A stretch of 32,013 bases of DNA, taken from the NCBI GenBank assembly GCA_019058015.1, contig JAHLWH010000138.1:1-32013 (forward strand), written 5' to 3'. The notes under the pieces were generated by a model. It was not told the DNA's origin. It searched no databases and saw only the letters and a list, made by a program, of their open reading frames with translations. Shown here one piece after another: positions 9,041-16,977 of this stretch; within the stretch, counting starts at the first letter, position 1; every line of letters starts with the position of its first letter. This DNA is from Promethearchaeota archaeon. Its GTDB lineage: Archaea > Asgardarchaeota > Lokiarchaeia > Sigyniarchaeales > SOKP01. The translations under genes were made by a program, and so were the position numbers.

Positions 9041-9135
9041 TTTTCACCACCATTTTTTTTTAATAAATTAATTTAATGACAAAAAAGTTATTTAAAATTT
9101 AAGATTTAAAGTCTGAAAGTGTGTGTGTTTTTCAT

Positions 9136-10284
9136 TTATCTTTTTAGGTTATTTATATTTGCTGATGGCTTCTTCATATCTTTCCCAAAAACCATGGCTT
9201 CTTCATATCCTTCCCAAAAACCACGCCTTCCTAAAAATCTACCTAAATATACCATAGACAGCATCACAGGAACTTCCCAGAATAACCCCATTGTAGTACC
9301 TAACGCCGCAATTGAACCAACTCCATACATCGCAACAGCAACGGCAATAGCAATCTCAAAATGGCTCGAAGAGCCAATAATTATTGTAATTATTGCATAA
9401 CGATAGCTCAATTTTAACAGTTTGGTGATTAATATATTGTAACCAACAACAATAGCAAATCCAACTAAGAGGGGGATAGTAATTAATAACAATAAATCTG
9501 GGTTTCCTACAAGGACTTCGCCGTTTAATGAAAATAATACAACTAAAGTCATCAGCAATGCAATTATTGCTACTGTCGATACAGCGGGTTTATACTTAGT
9601 GTTAAACCACACCTCCCCTTTTGTTTTAGTTAAAGCTTTCTTAGTTATTATCCCTAACAATAGTGGTAGCCCAATAAATACAGCTAAAGAAATCAATAAG
9701 GTCATCGGATCTAAAGGAATTTTTTTCTCTAAAGTAATATTTGCTAGAAATACTAGGAGAGTTACAACAGGTATATACAAAAAAATAATAGTGACCGTAT
9801 TTAAGCTAGTTGTAACTACATTTTGTTCTTGATTTCCTTTTGCCATCCAACCCCATACTAATACCATAGCAGTACATGGACTACTGCTAAGTAAAAGAAC
9901 AGCTAAAACGAGTTGTTCATTTACTCTTAGGAATAAGATTGCCATTGCAGCACCCACTAAAGGAGCTACAATCCAATTGGATAATAACGTTAATATTATT
10001 GGTTTGGGATTTTTTCCCAATTTTTTCAGCTCAGATACTTGGAGATTTAACATTGCTGGATACATCATAAGAAAAAGGCAGATACCAATAGGTATAGAAA
10101 TCCCCGCAATTTGCCAAGAATCAATCGTCTCACCTATTCCAGGAACGAACTGCGATAGTAAGATCCCTAATAACATGCATAATGCGATCCAAATAGGAAG
10201 TAATTTCTCGAAAAAACTGATCCCTTTAGGTTTTTCTTTATTACTTTCTACTTCCGCCACAAGTCCCGCCTCAATTTCTGTCAA
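9136..10284 (-). CDS. acr3: Acr3-family arsenite efflux transporter
   Basis: FFEKLLPIWI, LFLMMYPAM, NWIVAP, SPCTAMVLVW, SSHFEIAIAVA and GLFWEVPVML. Confidence 0.93.
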   Translation of the reverse strand: MTEIEAGLVAEVESNKEKPKGISFFEKLLPIWIALCMLLGILLSQFVPGIGETIDSWQIAGISIPIGICLFLMMYPAMLNLQVSELKKLGKNPKPIILTLLSNWIVAPLVGAAMAILFLRVNEQLVLAVLLLSSSPCTAMVLVWGWMAKGNQEQNVVTTSLNTVTIIFLYIPVVTLLVFLANITLEKKIPLDPMTLLISLAVFIGLPLLLGIITKKALTKTKGEVWFNTKYKPAVSTVAIIALLMTLVVLFSLNGEVLVGNPDLLLLITIPLLVGFAIVVGYNILITKLLKLSYRYAIITIIIGSSSHFEIAIAVAVAMYGVGSIAALGTTMGLFWEVPVMLSMVYLGRFLGRRGFWEGYEEAMVFGKDMKKPSANINNLKR

Positions 10285-10353
10285 TTTTTCCTTCTTCCAT
10301 TTTTTCCTTTTTAGATTTAATTAATATTGATTCAATAAATTTAAATTATTTAA

Positions 10354-10383
10354 TAAATAGATATATTTAAATCTATCTATTTA
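10354..10383. promoter_or_regulatory. Palindromic operator candidate (ArsR) in the divergent acr3/arsR promoter
   Basis: TAAATAGATAtATTT|AAATcTATCTATTTA, with 14 of 15 positions symmetric. Confidence 0.6.
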
Positions 10384-10419
10384 ATATAAGAATTAATTAA
10401 AAATTAATATACTAAGATT

Positions 10420-10770
10420 ATGGAAAAAAAAACAATTGAAGAAATTAAAAAGTTAATTGAATGTATTGGTCTTAATGTAGATGTAAATGAATATATTAAA
10501 GAATTAAAGAAAAACAAAGATAAAATTTTATCTAATACTGACTTTAAAAAGATGGTTAATTTTCATAAAGCGCTTGGACATAGGTCTAGGTATTTAATTT
10601 ATAATTTGATAAAGAAAAAAAAAATGTGCATATGTGAGTTAAATGTGATTATAGACTTAGCCCAACCAACAATTTCACATCATGTGAAAATTTTAGAACA
10701 AGCAGATTTGATTGAAGGAATAAAAAATGGTAAATTTACTCATTATCAAATTATAAAGGAAATTAATTAG
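10420..10770 (+). CDS. arsR: ArsR/SmtB-family regulator
   Basis: KALGHRSRYLI...MCICEL...AQPTISHHVKILEQADLI, divergent from acr3. Confidence 0.9.
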   Translation: MEKKTIEEIKKLIECIGLNVDVNEYIKELKKNKDKILSNTDFKKMVNFHKALGHRSRYLIYNLIKKKKMCICELNVIIDLAQPTISHHVKILEQADLIEGIKNGKFTHYQIIKEIN

Positions 10771-10824
10771 TTTCTAAAATTAATTAAGATTTGAACTTCT
10801 ATATTTAAAGTTATTTTTTAAGTT

Positions 10825-11292
10825 CTAGCAATTAATATTTTTTTCTCGTAATTTATCCAAGATATAATTCGAAATTTTTTCAACTTCTTCCTGATTCACA
10901 TCGTTTGCCTTAGGGATTTTTTGAAAAGCGTAAGGATCATTTAAATCTAAATCTTGTTTAGGAACGAATTGTTGAAGGTTAATTACTAAATCGGGTTTTA
11001 TATCAAGAGCTTTTAGGATCTGAACCATACATGATGTTCTACAACCATCAATTACTATTATATAATTTGAAAATAATCGTTGTTTAGTCATTTCAAAAAG
11101 ATTTTCTTTCTTAAGTAAATAATTTCTTAAAAAAAAAGTTGAGCAAAAAAATTCACTAAAATTTGAGATTGAATCATTAACATCTAAGTTTAATGCAATT
11201 TTGCGTGCCAATTCCCCATTATATTCAGATCCTGAGCAGGGTATTAAGATAATACTTTTTTCAGGTGTTTTCATTTCTGTCATTTGTATCAT
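10825..11292 (-). CDS. DGC-domain putative zinc-binding protein
   Basis: IILIPCSG...FFCS...VIDGCRTSC. Confidence 0.75.
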   Translation of the reverse strand: MIQMTEMKTPEKSIILIPCSGSEYNGELARKIALNLDVNDSISNFSEFFCSTFFLRNYLLKKENLFEMTKQRLFSNYIIVIDGCRTSCMVQILKALDIKPDLVINLQQFVPKQDLDLNDPYAFQKIPKANDVNQEEVEKISNYILDKLREKNINC

Positions 11293-11304
11293 CCAATTTT
11301 ATTA

Positions 11305-11589
11305 CTATATTATGCCTTTTTCTTTCAAAAGTTCAGGCAATTTTTGTTTGAATAGAAATGGAGATGTAAAAATTACTTTTCCCTCAACAACTACGCTATT
11401 ACCGCGCAAATTTAATTTACGAGCTTCTTCAGAATCTAAATTTTTAGTTTGAAATTTAATTTTTTTTTTATAATCCTGAAAAGCCGAAAAAACAGAATTC
11501 ATAAATCTTTCCCATATACACGCGCATGTATTTAATGGCACATAAATATCGACTTTAAGTTTATGATCTACATCATTATCCTTTGACAT
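11305..11589 (-). CDS. Small thioredoxin-like / ArsD-like protein with a CxC motif
   Basis: KVDIYVPLNTCAC...NSVVVEGKVI. The fold assignment is by eye. Confidence 0.5.
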   Translation of the reverse strand: MSKDNDVDHKLKVDIYVPLNTCACIWERFMNSVFSAFQDYKKKIKFQTKNLDSEEARKLNLRGNSVVVEGKVIFTSPFLFKQKLPELLKEKGII

Positions 11590-11602
11590 AATACCACCCT
11601 AC

Positions 11603-11923
11603 TTAAATTTCAGCTTGTATTTCTACAATTTTTTTAAATTTTTTATTCCTTTTTATCAAATTATCGATAGTTGCTAACAATTTGAATATTTGAGGATCTT
11701 TAATTCTATAAAGCACTTTCACGCCTTCTTTTCTTCCAACGATTAAGTCAGCATTCATCAATTTTTTTAAATGCCTAGAAAGCGTAGATTGGGACTTTTC
11801 GAACACTTTCTCCAAGTCACAAGCGCACAATTCCTCTCCATGTCTAAGAAGGCTTAGAATTTCGAGACGAGATACATCAGACAGGGCGTTTAATAACTTT
11901 AATCTTAAATTTTGAAGATCCAC
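11603..11923 (-). CDS. arsR: ArsR/SmtB-family regulator (ELCACDL As(III)-type site)
   Basis: ALSDVSRLEIL...ELCACDL...SQSTLSRHLKKL...RKEG. Confidence 0.9.
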   Translation of the reverse strand: MDLQNLRLKLLNALSDVSRLEILSLLRHGEELCACDLEKVFEKSQSTLSRHLKKLMNADLIVGRKEGVKVLYRIKDPQIFKLLATIDNLIKRNKKFKKIVEIQAEI

Positions 11924-12038
11924 ATTAAATTCAAATTTGCATTTTTATACATATATTCATAATAAATATCTTATTCTTAAAATAAAAAGGTTGTCATTAT
12001 AAAATAAATCTGTTTTAATTATTTAATTTTATGTGTTC

Positions 12039-12054
12039 ATGCGCGATAGTGCAT
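12039..12054. promoter_or_regulatory. Possible operator ATGC-N8-GCAT
   Basis: ATGCGCGATAGTGCAT is the only GC-rich dyad in the divergent promoter, just upstream of a TATA-like TATTTAAATA. Confidence 0.35.
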
Positions 12055-12116
12055 ATATTTAAATAATATATTATTTATTTTATCATAGAAAAAAAAATTA
12101 ATTTCCGTGAAGAAGA

Positions 12117-12518
12117 ATGGCAGGAAACGAGAAAGAAAAGGAAGAAAAGGAAATCGGTTTTGTAATGTGCGTTTGTACTGGAAAATGCCCTGGATTCGCA
12201 AGAATGGATATTTGGGATTTTATCAATAGAGTTCGAGTGGAATTGCCAGTAGAATACGGTTTTATTCACCCACAATTATGTGAGGAAGATGGTGATAGAT
12301 TTCTTGATGATTTTTTACGACCTGGGAGAAAATATATAGTTGCTGGTTGCGCTCCAAATATGCAATATAAATTATTCCGGGACGCATTTAAAAAGGCAGG
12401 ACTTGATGTTAAAAAGGATCTAATTCCTTTAGACATACGAGAGATGACTACTGATGAAGCCGTTGATTTAGTGGAAAAGAAATTAGAAGAATTGGAGGAG
12501 GATGGTGATAATGGGTGA
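12117..12518 (+). CDS. Stand-alone HdrA N-terminal-domain-like Fe-S protein
   Basis: IGFVMCVCTGKC...HPQLC...IVAGCAP...LDIREM parallels the HdrA N-terminus in this window (GVFVCRU...NIC...VVAACTP...VNIREH). Confidence 0.75.
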   Translation: MAGNEKEKEEKEIGFVMCVCTGKCPGFARMDIWDFINRVRVELPVEYGFIHPQLCEEDGDRFLDDFLRPGRKYIVAGCAPNMQYKLFRDAFKKAGLDVKKDLIPLDIREMTTDEAVDLVEKKLEELEEDGDNG

Positions 12519-12825
12519 AGGATACGATGCTGATAAAGAAACTTTTATGAGCGTTCCCAGGAAAAAAATACCATGGTGGCCTACGATAGATTACGAAAAG
12601 TGCGATTTTTGCATGGAATGCGATAAATTCTGTCCGCATAATGTATACGCAAAAACTAACGATGATAATAAAAAATTAATTGTAAAAAATCCTTATAATT
12701 GCGTCGTATTTTGTCGCGTATGTGCAAAAGCGTGTGCTCCAAACGCGTTAAAATTTCCGGATAAGAGAAAGATTACGAAATTAATTAAAAAATTGAGGTC
12801 AGAACAAAAAGGAGAATCACAGTGA
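12511..12825 (+). CDS. 2x[4Fe-4S] ferredoxin
   Basis: CDFCMECDKFCP and CVVFCRVCAKACA. ATG 12511 follows GGTGA (track start 12502). Confidence 0.85.
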   Translation: MGEGYDADKETFMSVPRKKIPWWPTIDYEKCDFCMECDKFCPHNVYAKTNDDNKKLIVKNPYNCVVFCRVCAKACAPNALKFPDKRKITKLIKKLRSEQKGESQ

Positions 12826-13718
12826 CAAACTATAAGCTATGTATAATACCATGTAATGGATTAGATAAATCATTAGGGATAATTGCGCGAACTGTTGCCT
12901 TAAAAACCATCGAAAAAGAACCAAAAATAGAATTAATTTGCCCCGTTTTGTTAAACAATGGGGAGAAAAAATACGAAGAAATCTTAAAATCTTCTAAAAT
13001 TGTTGTAGTTGATGGTTGTATGACAGGATGTGCCACCAAATTAATAGAAGAAAGAAATCTAAAGATATTTAAAAAAGTATTCATCCCCGAAATGTCTAAA
13101 AAATTTAAATTAAAACCTGGAAAAAATTTAATCTTGACGGAGGAGGGAATTAACTTAGCTAAAACGATTGCTACTGAATTAATTGAATCATTAGATCGTT
13201 CTGATGACGAGATAACTATTGAATATAAAGAGATAGAAGATATTGACTATTTTGATATAACTGTTGATAAATTCTATTTTCGAGTGCCGAAAAGTGGATT
13301 TAATTTTAACGAAAACGATTGCTGGATAAAACCAGAGGGAGATTTAGGTTTAATTGGTATCACAGATTATTTACAGAACAGCGCCAGCGATATCATGTTC
13401 GTGGAATTACCCGAAATTGGTGGGAAAATTGAACAATTTGATGATGTTGGAAGTTTTGAATCGGTAAAAACTGTTTTACAATTGATTTCACCTGTGTCTG
13501 GAGAGATTGTATCTATAAACAAACTATTAGAGAAACAGCCAGAACTCTTAAACCAAGATCCTTACGGAAAAGGATGGTTTGCTGAAATAAAATTAGCAAA
13601 TTTCGAAGAAGATAAGGAACTTTTAATGGACTGTTCAGAATATTTTGAATATATGAAAAATAAAATTATGAAAGAAAGTGAGCATTTAAAAAAAATGAAA
13701 AGTGAGAAAAATGACTAA
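12822..13718 (+). CDS. DGC-domain / glycine cleavage H (lipoyl carrier) fusion protein
   Basis: N-terminal IIPCNG...LICP...VVDGCMTGC. C-terminal GITDYLQ...FVELP...GSFESVKTV (lipoyl-Lys)...SPVSGEI...LNQDPYGKGW. Confidence 0.88.
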   Translation: MTNYKLCIIPCNGLDKSLGIIARTVALKTIEKEPKIELICPVLLNNGEKKYEEILKSSKIVVVDGCMTGCATKLIEERNLKIFKKVFIPEMSKKFKLKPGKNLILTEEGINLAKTIATELIESLDRSDDEITIEYKEIEDIDYFDITVDKFYFRVPKSGFNFNENDCWIKPEGDLGLIGITDYLQNSASDIMFVELPEIGGKIEQFDDVGSFESVKTVLQLISPVSGEIVSINKLLEKQPELLNQDPYGKGWFAEIKLANFEEDKELLMDCSEYFEYMKNKIMKESEHLKKMKSEKND

Positions 13719-14127
13719 AAAAAAAGTATTCATTATCCCTTGTAGCGGAATAGGCAAGGTTTTTGGTAGTATTGGCAGAGAAACCGCATATATCGTAGCA
13801 AATGAGTTATCAAGAGAAAAAGCTGCATTGGAATGTCTCCCTTTAATAGTGAAAGGGAAAAGCGAAGTTATTGAAGCGTTAAAAGAGAATAAGGTAATTA
13901 CGATTGATGGATGCCCTTTAAAGTGTTCTTATAATAATTTAATGGAGAAAGTGGGAAAGGTTGATTCACAATTCATGACTACAAATGTAGTTAAGGAAAA
14001 TCGGGACTTGAAACCTGAACCAAAAATTATACCAATAGGTGAAAACACTAAAAAATTATCCCAAAAATTAGCAGAACAAGTTGCAAAAGAAGTGGATAGA
14101 TTACTTGAAGAAGAGGGAGTGGAATAG
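13711..14127 (+). CDS. DGC-domain putative zinc-binding protein
   Basis: FIIPCSG...LECL...TIDGCPLKC. ATG 13711 overlaps the upstream gene end. Confidence 0.85.
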   Translation: MTKKKVFIIPCSGIGKVFGSIGRETAYIVANELSREKAALECLPLIVKGKSEVIEALKENKVITIDGCPLKCSYNNLMEKVGKVDSQFMTTNVVKENRDLKPEPKIIPIGENTKKLSQKLAEQVAKEVDRLLEEEGVE

Positions 14128-14131
14128 TCAA

Positions 14132-14551
14132 ATGAAGAAGAAGGTGGGAATTATTGCATGTAGTGGGGAAAATTTATTGGGGGGCACTTTAAGCCGTGCA
14201 GCAGCAAGAATTGTAGTTGAAAAATTACGCCCTAATAATACTATTATATTATGTCAGCCTTTATTCGCAGCTGGTGGGTTAGAAAGGCATGGTGGACAAG
14301 ATGAGCGAGATTTTGCTAAAAATCACCCAACTATTACTATAGAAGGTTGTAAAGAAGAATGCTCAAAAATTGCGGTTGAGCGATATAGCGGACCTGTTGC
14401 AGCAACCATAAGAGTTGACGAGATTATGGAAGCTCATTTCGAACTAAATCCTGAATCTCGGGAAGATTTAGGAGAAAACGGGATGAAATTAGCAGAGATA
14501 GTCGCTGAAGAGATTGCGAAGAAGGTTGACGAATATTTTCGGAGAGAATAA
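14132..14551 (+). CDS. DGC-domain putative zinc-binding protein
   Basis: GIIACSG...ILCQ...TIEGCKEEC, starting at ATG 14132. Confidence 0.85.
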   Translation: MKKKVGIIACSGENLLGGTLSRAAARIVVEKLRPNNTIILCQPLFAAGGLERHGGQDERDFAKNHPTITIEGCKEECSKIAVERYSGPVAATIRVDEIMEAHFELNPESREDLGENGMKLAEIVAEEIAKKVDEYFRRE

Positions 14552-14578
14552 AAGGACTTCAGCCTTTTGCTTTTTTTT
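14550..14578 (+). terminator. Hairpin plus U-tract terminator candidate
   Basis: AAAAGG-acttcag-CCTTTT followed by gc and T8, immediately after the stop codon. Confidence 0.4.
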
Positions 14579-14610
14579 AAATTCCCTTTAATAATAAAAA
14601 GAGATGGTGT

Positions 14611-15330
14611 GTGATTAAAAGAATAAATGGTTTGAAAATTGGTATTATATCTGATGGAAAATACGGAGAAAGGGCTTATGAGAATTTTAGACAAATTTTT
14701 GCAACCGAATGGATTCTTGTTCCCGATATTCCATCAACAGTAATGCTTGATGAGGAAATTGAACTGGACATTCCCGACTGCGATCTTTACATTTCTTATG
14801 TAAGACATCCAGATATGATACTTCAGCTAGCAGAGCTTCAGAAATCTTTGATTTTAGGAATCACGCCTGGAATTGGATTATATCATCAAGCAAAACGGAT
14901 TAATCCTAAAGTTATTAGCCCTCGCACGATGTGTTCATTAGAACCAAACACTGGTATCCCAGAAGTGGATGAATTTGCGAAATATTTTGGAAGACCCATT
15001 TTTAATATAGAATCGAATTCCCAAGGAAATATAACTGATGTTTTCGTTATAAGGTCATCTCCTTGCGGTTCTTCTCAAGCTGGAGCAGATTTTTTTAAAA
15101 ATAAAAAGCTAAGCGTTCAGAATTTACAAGATCTCGCCCTAAGCGTGTGTCACGAATGCAGGGCACCAAGGTTCGGGCACACTTGTGACAAAGAAGTCTC
15201 TGGAATAATTCACATGTTATCGTTCGTAAGTAATATTAAACTTGACGATAATTCGGAGTTAAGTGAAGACTTGAAAATATTTATCAAAGATATTAAAATT
15301 GAATATCAAAAGCGTGCAAAAATCGAATAA
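14611..15330 (+). CDS. DUF166-family protein
   Basis: GKYGERA...HPD...MCSLE...EFAKYFGRP...VIRSSPCGS...CRAPR...IH pattern. Confidence 0.7.
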   Translation: MIKRINGLKIGIISDGKYGERAYENFRQIFATEWILVPDIPSTVMLDEEIELDIPDCDLYISYVRHPDMILQLAELQKSLILGITPGIGLYHQAKRINPKVISPRTMCSLEPNTGIPEVDEFAKYFGRPIFNIESNSQGNITDVFVIRSSPCGSSQAGADFFKNKKLSVQNLQDLALSVCHECRAPRFGHTCDKEVSGIIHMLSFVSNIKLDDNSELSEDLKIFIKDIKIEYQKRAKIE

Positions 15331-15712
15331 TGAAAAATAAAAAAAAATAAGTTTTAAGTCTTTTATTAAAAATTTATCCAGAAAAAGGCGTTTATTTTTC
15401 TCAATATGCTTGGTATGAAATTCCATTCATTTACATCTATAATTATTTTTTACACGCCGGAGTTAGTTTAACTTTTGCCTTTCTAATGTCTGGGATTATT
15501 CAAGTGTTTATCTCTCAAGAGATTATCATAGAGTATCTCGGGTCTAAAAAGAAGAAAAATCTTTTATGATGGGACAGATCTATGATGTCGTTTCAATGGT
15601 ACCAAATAGTAGATTTTTTAAATGGAAAGGAGTTGCATTGTATACAGTAATATATTTCTTATTTTCTGTGATTTCCGGAATTTTTTATGGACTTTTATTA
15701 GGAGAATTATGA
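15330..15712 (+). pseudogene. ArsP/DUF318-like permease remnant with nonsense codon and large internal deletion
   Basis: ATG 15330 is coupled to the upstream TAA, with an in-frame TAA at 15348. The frame continues ...YFLHAGVSLTFAFLMSGIIQVFISQEIIIEYLGSKKK (N-terminal motif), then jumps frame to MMGQIYDVVSMVPNSRFFKWKGVALYTVIYFLFSVISGIFYGLL (C-terminal-like helix). Confidence 0.65.
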
Positions 15713-15871
15713 ATATTTCATTTTGTATCTTTTTTCTTTTTTTTTCATCAATCACAAATGGAAATCATTCGTTTTAAATTACATATTGAGGTTTTTTAAA
15801 GAAGAAATTTATATATTTTTTAAGGTAAGCTCAATTAATATATATATATTTTTTTTTGAGAATTATTAGAA

Positions 15872-15942
15872 GGGGGATCAGACCGTCCGTCGTAAATCAT
15901 CCATTAGATAGATGTCATTAACTTGTTAAGTCATCATTTCCC
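15872..15942 (-). ncRNA. Box C/D 2'-O-methylation guide sRNA
   Basis: Minus strand GGGA-a-ATGATGA(C)-cttaacaagtta-ATGA(D')-catctatctaa-TGGATGA(C')-tttacgacggacggt-CTGA(D)-TCCC. It has a terminal stem and a TATA-like TTTAAA about 25 nt upstream. Confidence 0.8.
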
Positions 15943-16081
15943 AAATTTATATTGAATTTGATATTTTAAAAAAATATGTGAAATTAGCAATAATTATAAA
16001 ATATTTTTTAATATAGAATTAATTTAAGTAATTATTCTAAAATGGATAATGTTAAAATAAAAAAATATGGTGTGAAGAAAA

Positions 16082-16810
16082 ATGTCTTTACCATCCAAGA
16101 AAATTATTGAAATTCAAGATAATGTTTATTCTCATGAATTCAAAATGTTAAATCATGTGAGTGAATTAATTTTTAATAATGATAAATGCATTGAGTGTGA
16201 TTTTTGTGCAAATGTTTGTCCCAAAGAATGCATTGGCTCTCCAGAAGATATGGGAATTGAATCAGATTTAAAAAGATATATCGATATTGATAAATGTATC
16301 TTCTGCGGAATTTGTTCTTTTACGTGTTCTGGATTTGCATTAAATTTGCGAATTAATGGTGAGCCCAAACTTCTTCTTATAGAGAATGGATCTCTTCCTG
16401 AATTAAAAGCAAAAGAACTTAAAATTAAGGAAACGGGTCAGAAAATTCAAAAATTGGTAGAAGGAACTACGAAGATTGAAAGCACAGAAAAGAAAGTTAA
16501 AGCTGTTGAGGATTTTGTAAAAGAATGCGTAGTTGGAGCGCTCTCAAACAAAGAAACCGAAATTATCGTAGATAAGGATCAGTGCATCAATTGTTTTAAA
16601 TGTCAAAAGGCAGCTGAAAAGAATTATCCAAAAATAAATGTGGATGTTACTCGTGCTCGTATCCCAAATGAGGGTGAAGTCTCATCCGTATGGAAAAGAA
16701 TCACCGAGGCATTATTAGGCTTGCCAGCAGCTATTACAGATCTTCAAGGTCCAACAAAAAAGAAAATGACCGAGCAAGTACTTAATTTATTAGGAAAACA
16801 AGCAAAATAA
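16082..16810 (+). CDS. FwdF-like polyferredoxin / 4Fe-4S binding protein
   Basis: CIECDFCANVCP and CIFCGICSFTC, plus a partial third site ECVVGAL...CINCFKC. Confidence 0.75.
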   Translation: MSLPSKKIIEIQDNVYSHEFKMLNHVSELIFNNDKCIECDFCANVCPKECIGSPEDMGIESDLKRYIDIDKCIFCGICSFTCSGFALNLRINGEPKLLLIENGSLPELKAKELKIKETGQKIQKLVEGTTKIESTEKKVKAVEDFVKECVVGALSNKETEIIVDKDQCINCFKCQKAAEKNYPKINVDVTRARIPNEGEVSSVWKRITEALLGLPAAITDLQGPTKKKMTEQVLNLLGKQAK

Positions 16811-16977
16811 ATTTTTATTTAACTCTTTTTAAACTTTTTTCAATTTTAATCATAAATAATTAAGATCTTTTTTTAAAAAGATTAAATATTAAGTGAAATT
16901 AAATACAACTATCTTACATTAAAATTAATTAAAATAATCATATAAAAATTAAATAAAATTAAATAGGTTGAAGAAAT

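Noticed and set aside
15567-15569. TGA in the arsP remnant as another Sec codon
   Set aside because: It is not at a Cys-like position, the homologous-looking sequence continues in a different frame, and no SECIS-like hairpin was seen nearby.
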